Positions 10,145 through 20,168 of a DNA stretch of 64,000 nucleotides are shown here, one piece after another (the stretch's first letter is position 1; the number at the start of each line of letters is the position of its first letter). Location: contig CAUAIH010000009.1 in NCBI GenBank assembly GCA_958429025.1, positions 2,665-66,664 of the forward strand, in the 5' to 3' direction. A model generated the notes under the pieces. The model saw only the letters and a program-made list of their open reading frames with translations. It had not been told where the DNA came from and made no database searches. Position numbers and translations under genes: made by a program. The DNA comes from an uncultured Collinsella sp. Lineage in GTDB: Bacteria > Actinomycetota > Coriobacteriia > Coriobacteriales > Coriobacteriaceae.

Positions 10145-10948
10145 ATGGCCCACGCAACAACCCGAGCCTTCGCCGATGAGCGTCGTGCCGCCATCATGGA
10201 GATGCTCGAGCATAACGCCTCGGTGCAGGTAGCAGAAATCGCCCAGACCTTTGGCGTGTCCTCCGTCACCGCCCGCGCCGACCTGGACGCGCTCGCCGAA
10301 GCAGGCAAGCTGCGCCGCACACATGGTGGTGCCGTTTCGCTTCACAAGCGCCTGACCGTCTCCACGCAGGATCGCCGCATCAATGTCAACGTCGCCGCCA
10401 AGCAGGCCATCGCGCAAAGCGCCATCGAGCTCGTCAATGACGGCGACACGCTGCTCGTCGACTCGGGCACCACGGCGCTCGAGTTCGTCCGGCTCCTTGA
10501 TCAGCGCGACGGCATCACCGTTATCACGGCCGACATTACCATCGCCGATTATATTGACGAGAGCATGCCCTCGGTCGATGTCGTCATGCTGGGCGGGGCG
10601 CTGCGCAAAGGTCATCGCTATCTGTACGGCCCACTTACCATGCAGGCTCTCCAAATGGTCCACGCCGATCTTGCCGTCATGTGCCCTGGCGCTTTTGTTC
10701 CCGGCTGCGGCTTTACGACCGACTTTCCCCAGATGGCCGAGACCAAAACAGCTATGATCGCCGGAGCCCATCAAAGCGTCGCCCTCATGGACGCTAGCAA
10801 GGTTAACGGACGCGGCATGTACCGCTTTGCCGAACTGACTGATGCCGACACCATCGTGATGGACCGTGACCCCGATCATGCCGTCGCCACCTCAATCGCC
10901 GAGGCCACCGACAGCGCACGTCCAGCCCTCATCATCGCCGGCGCTTAA
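10145..10948 (+). CDS. DeoR/GlpR-family transcriptional regulator
   Basis: 'VSSVTARADLDALAEAGKLRRTHGGA', 'LVDSGTT'. Start chosen at ATG 10145. Confidence 0.92.
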   Translation: MAHATTRAFADERRAAIMEMLEHNASVQVAEIAQTFGVSSVTARADLDALAEAGKLRRTHGGAVSLHKRLTVSTQDRRINVNVAAKQAIAQSAIELVNDGDTLLVDSGTTALEFVRLLDQRDGITVITADITIADYIDESMPSVDVVMLGGALRKGHRYLYGPLTMQALQMVHADLAVMCPGAFVPGCGFTTDFPQMAETKTAMIAGAHQSVALMDASKVNGRGMYRFAELTDADTIVMDRDPDHAVATSIAEATDSARPALIIAGA

Positions 10949-11022
10949 ACAAAAACCACCACAAAGGTGCCTGTCCCCTTTGTGGTGGTTGTGATGGCTG
11001 AGCGTCAAAAGTGAGCGTGTCG

Positions 11023-12183
11023 CTACTTGGAAAGCTCGTCGGCGAGGGCCTCGATCTGGGCGCGCGAGGCGTCGTTGAGCGAACCCAGGACGGTCACTTT
11101 GTTCTTCGTCAGGGTGATGTCCTTCATGCCCTCGAGCTCCTTGGTCATAACCTTGGCGGCAGCGGGTGCCCAAGAGCCGGCCTCGACGAGTGCCACCGTA
11201 CGGTTCTGGTAGGCGTGCTCGGCGAGCGTATGGATGAAGGTGCTCATGAACGGGAAGATCTCGCCCTGATAGGTGATGGAGGCGAGCACCAGGCGGTCGT
11301 AGCGGAACGCGTCCTCAACGGCCTCGGCCATATCATCGCGAGCCAAGTCAAAGACGGAGACCTTCTGGCCGCGGGCCTCGAGCGCAGATGCGAGCTCCTC
11401 AACGGCAGCTTTCAGATGGCCATACACGCTCGCATAGGCAATCGTGATGCCCTCGTCCTCGGGCTGGTAGCTCGACCAGGTGTTGTAGGTGTCGAGGTAA
11501 TAGCCCAGGTTCTCGCTAAGAACAGGACCGTGAAGCGGGCAAATAATCTGGATGTCCAGATTGGCGGCCTTCTTAAGCACGGCCTGCACAAACTTGCCGA
11601 ACTTTCCCACGATGCCAAAGTAGTAACGGCGCGCTTCGCAAGCCCAGCCCTCGGGATCCTCGATGTCGTTGGCGCCAAACTTGCCAAAGCCGTCGGCACT
11701 AAAGAGCACCTTGTCGGTGGACTCGTAGGAGAAGAGCACCTCGGGCCAGTGCACGTTGGGGGCGCCGACAAACGTCAGGCTGTGGCCGCCCAGGTCGAGC
11801 ACGTCGCCATCTTTGACGACCATCTTGCGCTCGGGGAAGTCGGTGCCAAAGTAGTTGACCATCATACGGAAGGCGCCCATGCTGGCAACAATCTGCGCCT
11901 GGGGATAGCACTCCATAAAGGCGGCGATGCCGGCGGAGTGATCGGGCTCCATGTGATGGACGATCAGGTAGTCGGGCGTGCGGCCATCGAGCACGGCCTC
12001 GAGGTTGCCGAGCCACTCGTCAACAAAACCGCCGTCGACTGAATCGGCGACAGCGATCTTTTCGCCCAAGATAACGTAGCTGTTGTATGCCATGCCGTTC
12101 TCGGACACATCGTACTGGCCCTCGAACAGGTCAATGTCGTGATCGTTAACGCCAATGTAGCGGATATCCTTGGTGATCTCCAT
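11023..12183 (-). CDS. fprA: Flavodiiron protein (FprA-type A flavoprotein)
   Basis: 'HHMEPDHS', 'HWPE', 'FSADGFG', 'CPLHGP', followed by a flavodoxin domain 'YASVYG'. Confidence 0.92.
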   Translation of the reverse strand: MEITKDIRYIGVNDHDIDLFEGQYDVSENGMAYNSYVILGEKIAVADSVDGGFVDEWLGNLEAVLDGRTPDYLIVHHMEPDHSAGIAAFMECYPQAQIVASMGAFRMMVNYFGTDFPERKMVVKDGDVLDLGGHSLTFVGAPNVHWPEVLFSYESTDKVLFSADGFGKFGANDIEDPEGWACEARRYYFGIVGKFGKFVQAVLKKAANLDIQIICPLHGPVLSENLGYYLDTYNTWSSYQPEDEGITIAYASVYGHLKAAVEELASALEARGQKVSVFDLARDDMAEAVEDAFRYDRLVLASITYQGEIFPFMSTFIHTLAEHAYQNRTVALVEAGSWAPAAAKVMTKELEGMKDITLTKNKVTVLGSLNDASRAQIEALADELSK

Positions 12184-12312
12184 CAGGCAAAGCCTCCTAG
12201 ATAGACAAAAGAGCCCGTCTATCATAGCACTCGTCTTCATAGCCACGGCTATCTGCCAGCATCCTTATCGATTGTTATTGAGGCGGAATATATCGCCATT
12301 GACCTGCAAAAA

Positions 12313-13344
12313 CTATGTGCGCGGAGCTGCCGTGGTATGTCGAACGATAAGCTGGCCGGGAATACGAATGGCAACGGTTTTGTCCGTTGCCCCCGCCTTG
12401 GGAACCGCGTGCTCGAACACCTCGCGTCCACGCTGATGCAAATCGAATCGAACGGTCGTGAGCTCGTTGTGTGCCACAAAATCATCGAGCGAATCATCGA
12501 CGCCCACCACGCTCACGTCCTCGGGCACGCGCAGGCCGCTATCACGCAGCGCGGCAATCGCGCCATTTGCCATCTGATCGTTTGCCGCATAGATCGCCGT
12601 CATGGTGCGATCGTGCTCGGCCAGGTACCTGCCGGCCTCGTAGCCGCTGTTGGCAGACCAGTCGCCCTCGAGCGGCTCTGCCGGCTCGATGTGTTTACGC
12701 TCGAGTGCATCCTGCCAACCGGCGCGACGAAATTGCTCGTCGACCGAGAACGACGGGCCGCCAATATAGCGAATCTGCTCGTGCCCCAGCTCAAACAGGT
12801 GATCCATAAGCAATAGCGAGCAGCCGTAATGATCGGAGTCGACCGTGGTCACCCGCGGGTGCGCGTACATGGTAACGATAACCGTGCCAATGCCCGGCAG
12901 TGGATCAAACGTCTCGAAATCGGGCGCCATGCGGCTCATGCCGATGATGATGCCGTCCACCGGCAATGCGGCCATACGACGCGTGGCCTCGGCAAGCGAA
13001 AACTCCTCGGTCTTGGACATCTCGACCAGCGTGATAGCGCAATTATGCTCGCGAGCAGCACTGGCGATGCCGTCGATCATTGAGAGGTTGCCAAACTTGG
13101 TGACATCGTTGACGCACAGGCCGACCGAATGGTAACGGCCGTCGCGCAGCGAGCGACCGGCATAGCTCGGACGGAAACCGAGCTCCTGCATGGCCGCCTG
13201 CACGCGCTTACGCGTCTGCTCGTTCACGTTGGGCAATCCGTTGGCAACGCGCGAAACCGTCTGCTGCGAAACACCGGCAGCGCGGGCAACGTCGGCCATG
13301 GAGACCGGACGCGAACTGGTATCGTTGGACGGGCGCCTTGCCAC
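12313..13344 (-). CDS. LacI-family regulator (gal operon repressor)
   Basis: 'MADVARAAGVSQQTVSRV' HTH; divergent from galK. Confidence 0.93.
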   Translation of the reverse strand: MARRPSNDTSSRPVSMADVARAAGVSQQTVSRVANGLPNVNEQTRKRVQAAMQELGFRPSYAGRSLRDGRYHSVGLCVNDVTKFGNLSMIDGIASAAREHNCAITLVEMSKTEEFSLAEATRRMAALPVDGIIIGMSRMAPDFETFDPLPGIGTVIVTMYAHPRVTTVDSDHYGCSLLLMDHLFELGHEQIRYIGGPSFSVDEQFRRAGWQDALERKHIEPAEPLEGDWSANSGYEAGRYLAEHDRTMTAIYAANDQMANGAIAALRDSGLRVPEDVSVVGVDDSLDDFVAHNELTTVRFDLHQRGREVFEHAVPKAGATDKTVAIRIPGQLIVRHTTAAPRT

Positions 13345-13436
13345 AGGATCACCTTCACCCTTGCGAGATCTGAATAGCGTGAATGCCGGCCCGGGCAGAA
13401 ATACATCCCGCGCCGAGGCCCGCTATCGTCGGACGC

Positions 13437-13639
13437 ATGTTAACGTACTCTACTTTTTCTATCTGCATCTCTTCTGCTTTATAAGTCCATACGACAGTAC
13501 CGTTCACGGCTGTATTTCTACCGATTACCAGATTCTCAAAAAGTGGCAAGCGTTGTGTTATGAGTACGTTAACATAGCCCGTAACGTGCGGTATCGTGAA
13601 CACTTGGTTCATGCCGCTTCAAGTTGTTAACGTACTCAT
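13437..13639. promoter_or_regulatory. Three LacI-type operators (TGTTAACGTACTC) in the regulator/galK intergenic region
   Basis: Copies at 13437-13450, 13560-13575 (reverse) and 13625-13639. Confidence 0.8.
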
Positions 13640-13682
13640 AACGACGCAAAACTCATCCGTGCGCGCCAAAGAAAGGACCCCC

Positions 13683-14888
13683 ATGACCACCCCCGACGAA
13701 AAGACACTCGCCACGCTCACCAAGCTGTTTGAGGAGGAGTTTGGCCCCATCGGCGATCGCCAGGTGCTCTATGTGCACGCGCCCGGCCGTTCCGAGATCA
13801 GTGGCAACCACACCGACCACGAGGGCGGCCACGTTATCGCCGGCTCGCTCGATGTCGCTGTCGACGGCATTGCCGTGGCGACCGACACCAACAAGGTTCG
13901 CGTTGCCGACGAGGGCTATCCCACGTTTGAGATCACGCTCGACACGCTGGATATTCAAGAGTCCGAGAAGGGCACGTCCGCGAGCCTCGTACGCGGCATG
14001 GCCCACGAAATCGCTGCCCTGGGTGTTGAGCCCCAGGGCTTTGACTTCGCCTTCACCTGCTCCGTCCCCTCGGGCGGCGGCCTTTCGAGCTCCGCTGCCG
14101 TCGAGGCGGCATACGGTCGCGCCATGGAGACGCTCTGGGGCGCACCCGCCATCGAGCCCGTCGCGCTCGCCCAGATGAGCCAGCGCACCGAGAACAACTA
14201 CTATGGCAAGCCCTGCGGTCTGATGGACCAGGCCGCTGTGTGCCTGGGCGGCCTTGCCTACATGGACTTTGAGGATCAGGCTCAGCCTAAAACCCAGAAG
14301 CTCGAGCTCAACTTTGAGGATCACGGCTATGCGCTCGTGCTCGTTAAGGTCGGTGCCGATCACGTGGCAGCCACCGACGACTACGCCGCCGTTCCGCGCG
14401 AGATGCAGGACGTCGCCGCCGAGTTTGGCAAGGAACGCCTGTGCGAGGTCGATGTTGCCGACTTTGACGCCAAGCTCCCCGAGCTGCGCGCCAAGCTGGG
14501 CGACCGCGCCTGCCTGCGCGCCGTTCACTACTGGTACGAGAACGGCCTGGTCGATAAGCGCTGGGAAGCCCTGAACGCCGGCGACATCGATCAGTTCCTG
14601 GTCCTGACGCGCGAGTCCGGCGCCAGCTCTGCCATGTACCTGCAGAATGTCGTTGCCAAGCTGGGCTCCGAGCAGCCTTCCATGTATGCCCTGGCGCTGG
14701 CCGAGCACGTGCTCGACGGCCGTGGCGCCGTTCGTATTCACGGCGGCGGCTTCGGCGGTACCATCCAGGCCTTCGTGCCGCTCGACCTAGTCGACACCTT
14801 TATCACCAAGATGAACGGCTGGCTGGGCGAGGGGTCTGCCCGCCACTACGCCATTTCTGACAAGGGGGCTTACGCGGCATGGCTGTAA
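13683..14888 (+). CDS. galK: Galactokinase
   Basis: 'APGRSEISGNHTDH', 'PSGGGLSSSAA', 'CGLMDQ', 'RIHGGGFGG'. ATG 13683 after GAAAGGA. Confidence 0.95.
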   Translation: MTTPDEKTLATLTKLFEEEFGPIGDRQVLYVHAPGRSEISGNHTDHEGGHVIAGSLDVAVDGIAVATDTNKVRVADEGYPTFEITLDTLDIQESEKGTSASLVRGMAHEIAALGVEPQGFDFAFTCSVPSGGGLSSSAAVEAAYGRAMETLWGAPAIEPVALAQMSQRTENNYYGKPCGLMDQAAVCLGGLAYMDFEDQAQPKTQKLELNFEDHGYALVLVKVGADHVAATDDYAAVPREMQDVAAEFGKERLCEVDVADFDAKLPELRAKLGDRACLRAVHYWYENGLVDKRWEALNAGDIDQFLVLTRESGASSAMYLQNVVAKLGSEQPSMYALALAEHVLDGRGAVRIHGGGFGGTIQAFVPLDLVDTFITKMNGWLGEGSARHYAISDKGAYAAWL

Positions 14889-16507
14889 TGACCGACGTGC
14901 GCGAGGCTGCGCAGGGCCTTATCGAATATGCCATCCACCGATCGATGATCGGCCAGGACGATCGCATCTGGGCGTATAACACCATTCTCGAGTGCATCGG
15001 TGCTACGGGCCCGGCGCTCGACATGGCCTGGGCGCTCCAGGTCGAGAAACTCTCGCTCTTGCACCCCGACACCCTGCCCAACTTTGACCTTGAAGGCACA
15101 CTTGCCGCGCTTGCCGAGGCGGCTGTTGCCAACGGCGCTGCCGAGGACACGGCATCGGGCCGCGACCGCATCGCCATGCGCATCATGGGCGCGCTCATGC
15201 CAAGGCCTTCGGTTGTAAACGAGGAGTTCAACGGACGCATGGGTGTCAATGAGCCCCGCGCCGCGACCGACTGGTTCTACGGCCTGTGCTGCGACGCCGG
15301 CTACGTGCGCCGTGCCGCCATCGCGCGCAACATCAAATGGAGCACCCCCACCAACTGGGGCGACCTGGAGATCACTATCAACCTGTCAAAGCCCGAAAAG
15401 GACCCGCGCGATATCGCCGCAGCAGGTGCCGCCAAAAACACGGGCGAGAAGTATCCCGCCTGTCAGCTCTGCATCGAAAACGAGGGCTACCCCGGACGCT
15501 CCGCCGCAGCCGACGGCGGCGCTCATCCCGCCCGCCAGAATCTGCGCGTTATCCCCATTGAGCTCGACGGCGAGCGCTGGGGCTTCCAGTACAGCCCGTA
15601 CGCATACTTTAACGAGCACTGCATTGCCATGAGCTCCGAGCATCGTCCGATGCACGTCGACCGCAAGGGGCTGACCTGCCTGCTCGACTTTGTCGACCTG
15701 TTCCCGCACTACTTTATCGGCTCCAACGCCGACCTGCCCATTGTGGGCGGCTCGATCTTGTCGCATGACCACTTCCAGGGCGGCGCGCACGAGTTCCCCA
15801 TGATGCACGCAGCCGAGGTCTCGCAGTTTAGCGTGCCCGGCTTTGACCGGGTTACCGGCTCTGTGCTGCAGTGGCCGCTTTCGGTACTGCGCCTGCGCTC
15901 GCACGACCGCGGCGAGCTGCTCGATGCCGCCGAGAAGATTATCCTCGCCTGGCGCGAGTGGACCGATGAGTCCGTGGGCGTTATCGCGCACACAGCCGAT
16001 GGCGTGGCGCACAACACCGTGACGCCCGTCATCCGCCGCGTCGACTCCCGCGGCAACGCCGGCGGCGAGATCTACGAGGCCTACCTGGCGCTTCGCTGCA
16101 ATATCACGACCGACGAGCATCCGCTGGGCGTATTCCACCCGCATGCCGAGTACCACCACATTAAAAAGGAGAACATCGGCCTGATCGAGGTCATGGGCCT
16201 GGCCATTTTGCCGCCGCGCTTGGTTCCCGAGCTCGGCGCTGTCCGCGAGCACTTGCTGGCAGCCAAGGCCGATGCCAGCTACGACCTTGCTGGCGCGCTC
16301 GAGGGCGATGATCTTTGCCGCAGCCACGCCACATGGGCCAAGGATGTCTTTGCCCGCCGCGCCGACGAGCTTACGGCCGACAACGCCATCGATATCCTGC
16401 ACGAGGAGGTCGGCGTAGTGTTTGGCCACGTGCTCGACAACGCCGGCGTCTTTAAATGGGACGAAGCCGGCCGCGCCGCCCAACAGCGCTTTATCGACTC
16501 ACTGTAG
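14888..16507 (+). CDS. galT: UDP-glucose--hexose-1-phosphate uridylyltransferase (Gram-positive type)
   Basis: 'EITINLSKPEKDP', 'YPACQLCIENEGY', 'SNADLPIVGGSILSHDHFQGG', 'IKKENIGLIEVMGLA'. TAATG overlap with galK. Confidence 0.95.
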   Translation: MTDVREAAQGLIEYAIHRSMIGQDDRIWAYNTILECIGATGPALDMAWALQVEKLSLLHPDTLPNFDLEGTLAALAEAAVANGAAEDTASGRDRIAMRIMGALMPRPSVVNEEFNGRMGVNEPRAATDWFYGLCCDAGYVRRAAIARNIKWSTPTNWGDLEITINLSKPEKDPRDIAAAGAAKNTGEKYPACQLCIENEGYPGRSAAADGGAHPARQNLRVIPIELDGERWGFQYSPYAYFNEHCIAMSSEHRPMHVDRKGLTCLLDFVDLFPHYFIGSNADLPIVGGSILSHDHFQGGAHEFPMMHAAEVSQFSVPGFDRVTGSVLQWPLSVLRLRSHDRGELLDAAEKIILAWREWTDESVGVIAHTADGVAHNTVTPVIRRVDSRGNAGGEIYEAYLALRCNITTDEHPLGVFHPHAEYHHIKKENIGLIEVMGLAILPPRLVPELGAVREHLLAAKADASYDLAGALEGDDLCRSHATWAKDVFARRADELTADNAIDILHEEVGVVFGHVLDNAGVFKWDEAGRAAQQRFIDSL

Positions 16508-16557
16508 CATACAGGTTCGAGCCTCATCAGCGGCCACGACATAACCGCCCACACGAC

Positions 16558-16598
16558 AACGGCGCCCGCCGGCAACATCGCCGGCGGGCGCCGTTTTT
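16558..16598 (+). terminator. Intrinsic terminator after galT
   Basis: GGCGCCCGCCGGC / GCCGGCGGGCGCC stem followed by a T-run. Confidence 0.75.
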
Positions 16599-16602
16599 GA
16601 GT

Positions 16603-16812
16603 GTAGTCATTGGGGTCATTCTTAAGGGGCGTTCTTAAACGACTAGTCATTAAAGAGCGTCCCCAATGACTACTTGCGACCAAGGCAACGCCGGTGTCTT
16701 GGCAACGACAGCGAAAACGCCCCTAAGCGAGCAAGGTGACGTGAAAGAGGAGGGCATTGACCTTCTGGTCATGCCCGACGATTGAACGTCAGATTGCCGC
16801 TTAGGGGCGTTT
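16603..16812. repeat. Two adjacent palindromic intergenic elements; the first has a related copy at ~21295-21333
   Basis: GTAGTCATTGGGG...CCCCAATGACTAC and AAACGCCCCTAAGCG...CGCTTAGGGGCGTTT. CGTTCTTAAACGACTAGTC is shared with the reverse complement of 21301-21333. Confidence 0.7.
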
Positions 16813-16854
16813 GCAGCGTCGCGCCGTTACGCGGTTTGGTAAAACCGCGTAACC

Positions 16855-17790
16855 CTAAAGCTCCGTTACTTCAACGTTGTTGAAGATCTCATCCCAGCGG
16901 TCCATGACCAGGTGGCCGGTCTTGGGATCCATGGCGTTGAGCTTGCCGCAGGTATTGGCGGTCCTGAGCACCGTGACGTCGTCGGCGCCAGCAGCAATGG
17001 CATGTGCAAAGCCGGCGATGGTCGAGTCACCGGAACCCGTCGCGTTCACAGCCGCAATCGCAGGCGTCTTGGCGCGGAACGCGCGACCCTCATGGAAGCC
17101 CACCGAACCGGCAGCGCCCATCGAAACGACAACCCAGGGAATACCGGCAAAACGGTCATCGGCGGCAAGCGCCTCGCGCAGGGCATCGACATCATCGGTC
17201 GTAAAGGACGTACCCAGCAGGCCGTTAATCTCGGTCAGGTTGGGCTTTACGAGCTCAGGCTTAGCGTCGGACTCCAGCGCGGCCTCCAGCGATGCACCCG
17301 AGGTATCGAGCAGCACCTTGGCGCCCGCCTCCTCGGCGATCTTGACGAGCTCGGCATAGTAGCCGGCATCGACGCCGCGCGGCAGCGAGCCCGAAAGCGT
17401 CACAACGTCCGCCTTCGCTGCAAGCTCGGCAAACTTGGCCGTAAAGGCCTCGAGCTCGGCCGGGGCGATCTGCGGGCCGCTCTCCAGCAGCTCGGTCTGA
17501 TTACCCTCGTGCAGAATATTCAGGCAAATGCGCGTCTCACCGGCGATGGGCACAAAGTCGTTCTTGACGCCGTCGGCATCCATGAGCTCGGCCATATAGG
17601 CACCCATGTGTCCGCCGAGCAGACCGGTCGCGAGCACATCGTCGCCCAACTGCAGCAGCACACGGCTCACGTTGAGGCCCTTGCCGCCAGCGGTCTTTTC
17701 GGGCGTCACGCGGTTCACGTCGTCGATGATCAGCTTGTCGAGCTGATAGCGCGTATCAATCGACGGGTTCATGGTAACGGTCAGAATCAT
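16855..17790 (-). CDS. lacC: Tagatose-6-phosphate kinase / 1-phosphofructokinase family (copy 1)
   Basis: 'ILTVTMNPSID', 'AGGKGLNVSR', 'VKPNLTE', 'NATGSGDS'. Downstream of lacAB. Confidence 0.88.
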   Translation of the reverse strand: MILTVTMNPSIDTRYQLDKLIIDDVNRVTPEKTAGGKGLNVSRVLLQLGDDVLATGLLGGHMGAYMAELMDADGVKNDFVPIAGETRICLNILHEGNQTELLESGPQIAPAELEAFTAKFAELAAKADVVTLSGSLPRGVDAGYYAELVKIAEEAGAKVLLDTSGASLEAALESDAKPELVKPNLTEINGLLGTSFTTDDVDALREALAADDRFAGIPWVVVSMGAAGSVGFHEGRAFRAKTPAIAAVNATGSGDSTIAGFAHAIAAGADDVTVLRTANTCGKLNAMDPKTGHLVMDRWDEIFNNVEVTEL

Positions 17791-17843
17791 GTTGAACTCC
17801 TGTTCCGGGGCGGCATAACCCGCCCCAAACATACGATAACTCG

Positions 17844-18725
17844 TTAAAGGATCTCGATCTCAAAGCCGCGGGTGACGGTCTCCCCCGGCTTGGCCACCAG
17901 GCAGCCGCGCTTGTGCTCCAGAATATCGTCCTCGTCGGAGCAGGTGGACAGGCCGCCCCACGGTTCCACGGCCACAAAGTCGCCCTCGGGCTTGCTCCAC
18001 ACAATCAGGTACGGCATATCGGGGAACGTCAGGCGCACGCCCTTGTCCTCGGTCTTCTTGGTCAGCGTAACCACGCGGCTCTCGAGCACGTCAAAGATGG
18101 TCTCCGCGAAGTCAAAGAGTTCGTGGGTCAGCGGCAGGTCATGGCCAACCATCGGGTTCTTGCTGCGATGCTCAACATCAATCAGGCCCGTCGAGGGAAC
18201 GGCAGTACAGAGCTCGGCGGCCTCGCGCTGCTCAAAACGGAGCTCGTAGTCGTCGTAGGACTCGCCCTCGTCAAGCGGGCACTTAAAGCCAGGGTGACCG
18301 CCCACAAAGAACGGCATGTCCTCGGTGCCCTCATTGGTCACCTCGTACGACACGGCCACCTTCTCCGCATCGATCGTGTAACGAGCAACGATCTTAAACG
18401 GATACGGGTACTGCTCGAGCAACTCGGCATGGTCGGCAGAGCTTAAGCTCAGCGCAACCATGTTGTCGCTCTGCTCCTCGAGCTTCCACTCCTGCTTGCG
18501 AGCAAAGCCGTGGCGGGCGAGCTTTACCTCGCGACCGCCCATGGTCATTGCGTGACCGTCACGAAGGCCACCGCAGATCGGGAAGCAAATAGGTGCCTGC
18601 CCCGACCAGACCGCCGGATCACCCTGCCACAGGTACTCACGGCCGTTGGCCGCAATAGAAGTGAACGACCCGCCCGCCGTGCTCAGTGCTACGCGGATAG
18701 AACCGTTATCAAGAACAAACTCCAT
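17844..18725 (-). CDS. lacX: Aldose 1-epimerase family protein, LacX-like (copy 1)
   Basis: 'EYLWQGDPAVWSGQAPICFPICG', 'RHGFAR', 'GGHPGF', 'FVAVEPW'. Confidence 0.88.
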   Translation of the reverse strand: MEFVLDNGSIRVALSTAGGSFTSIAANGREYLWQGDPAVWSGQAPICFPICGGLRDGHAMTMGGREVKLARHGFARKQEWKLEEQSDNMVALSLSSADHAELLEQYPYPFKIVARYTIDAEKVAVSYEVTNEGTEDMPFFVGGHPGFKCPLDEGESYDDYELRFEQREAAELCTAVPSTGLIDVEHRSKNPMVGHDLPLTHELFDFAETIFDVLESRVVTLTKKTEDKGVRLTFPDMPYLIVWSKPEGDFVAVEPWGGLSTCSDEDDILEHKRGCLVAKPGETVTRGFEIEIL

Positions 18726-18844
18726 AGGAGCCTTCCCTTTCTTACGACAGCCCGCCAAGTCAATAGGGCTGATAGCAAACCGGCCCGCGCCCCATCACAG
18801 AAACGCGAGCCGTCAACGGACTAGTTAATTACGCCGGATACCCG

Positions 18845-19369
18845 CTAATCGTGGTATTCGCCGCGGTCCCACTTCTCGAGGAACTCGTCAAAGAAGTGCG
18901 GGTCAGCCTGAGCCTCGGCGTCGGCCTTATTGCAGGCGTCGATCTTGGCGATCAGGGCATCGTGCTCGGGGGTCTTCTCGTAGGGCTCCTCCAGGAAGGC
19001 AAGCATGATATCGGCCATCAGGAACTCGCCGGTGATCTTGCCACCAAAGCCCACGATGTTGGCGTTGAGCTCGCGACGGGCATACAGGGCAGAGGTCATG
19101 TCGCGGACCAGGGCGCAGCGGGCGCCGGGAACCTTGTTGACGGCGTTGGTGATGCCGATGCCGGTGCCGCACAGGGCCACGCCAAAGTCGGCCTTGCCGC
19201 TGGCAACAGCCTCGCCCACGGCCTTGCCATAGATGGGATAGTGCGTACGGGTGTGGCTGTAGGTGCCGCAGTCGAGCACCTTGTAGCCAGCCTGCTCCAG
19301 GCGGTCGGCCAGATAGATCTTCTCGTCCGTAACGATATGGTCGCAACCGATTGCGATGGTCTTCTTCAT
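18845..19369 (-). CDS. lacB: Galactose-6-phosphate isomerase subunit B
   Basis: '[13 protein letters not shown]', 'TRTHYPIYG', 'CGTGIG', '[15 protein letters not shown]'. Confidence 0.95.
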   Translation of the reverse strand: MKKTIAIGCDHIVTDEKIYLADRLEQAGYKVLDCGTYSHTRTHYPIYGKAVGEAVASGKADFGVALCGTGIGITNAVNKVPGARCALVRDMTSALYARRELNANIVGFGGKITGEFLMADIMLAFLEEPYEKTPEHDALIAKIDACNKADAEAQADPHFFDEFLEKWDRGEYHD

Positions 19370-19432
19370 CAGAACGTCCTTTCGTCTGAATTCACAAGTT
19401 GAGGTAGAAGTTCGAGTTCTCGGTGGCTCTCG

Positions 19433-19861
19433 TTAGGCCATCTTGTTGAGCATGTCGACACGGATCTGGTGACGGCCGCCGGCGTACTGGGCACGCAGGA
19501 ACTCGCGGGCGATCTTCTTGGCGACCTCGGTGCCCACAACGCCCGGGCCCATGGTGACCATGCGCGAGCCGTTGTGCTCGCGGGTCATGTAAGCGGAACG
19601 CTCGTCGGAAATGTTGGCGACGACCATGCCCTTGATCTTGACGGCGGCCATATAGGAGCCGACGCCGTACTTATCGAATGCAAAGCCCTGGGAATCCTTG
19701 TGCTCCAGCAGGTCCTTGGCAACGGCGGTCGCGGAATCGACAAAGTCCGCGGCAGGGGTCTCGGAATAGTCGACGACCTCGTGACCGTCGGCGATGAGCA
19801 TCTCCTTGATGGACTCCTTCATCGACATACCGTCGGCATCGGAAGCGATTACAACCCTCAT
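19433..19861 (-). CDS. lacA: Galactose-6-phosphate isomerase subunit A
   Basis: 'SDERSAYMTREHN', 'GGRHQIRVDMLNKM'. Confidence 0.95.
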   Translation of the reverse strand: MRVVIASDADGMSMKESIKEMLIADGHEVVDYSETPAADFVDSATAVAKDLLEHKDSQGFAFDKYGVGSYMAAVKIKGMVVANISDERSAYMTREHNGSRMVTMGPGVVGTEVAKKIAREFLRAQYAGGRHQIRVDMLNKMA

Positions 19862-19954
19862 GACATCCTCCTTGAGAGATACGCAGGTGCGTAGTTTCTG
19901 TTTGGAAGTGTTGAATCGCGTTCAGGTCCGGGCATCTGAATGTGCGGTTCTTCA

Positions 19955-20035
19955 CTGTTCGTGTTTATTTGAACACATTCGAACACCGACTGCAACAATA
20001 ATTTGTTTATCTTTGTTCTTTTTTGAACAAACACC
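19955..20035. promoter_or_regulatory. Putative LacR (DeoR) boxes, RAACA-N5-GAACA direct repeats; also upstream of lacF (~21911, ~21993) and lacR (~43190)
   Basis: TGAACACATTCGAACA here; CAAACAAAAAAGAACA and TGAACAATATCGAACA before lacF; CAAACAATAACGAACA before the DeoR gene at 43155. Confidence 0.6.
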
Positions 20036-20168
20036 ATTCACGGATGATTGCTGACCGTTTGAGCCCGGCGCGGACGTAGCGCCCACGTGTTCAACAAACA
20101 AAAGGGCGACCGAGAACGTGTCTCGGCCGCCCTTCTTACGGTTGATCTTCCAAAGATCGCTTTGCCGC

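Noticed and set aside
10954..10990. Hairpin AACCACCACAAAGG...CCTTTGTGGTGGTT with CCTGTCCC loop as a distinct REP family
   Set aside because: Adequately explained as a terminator between convergent genes. Only short partial matches elsewhere (~2180, ~26713).
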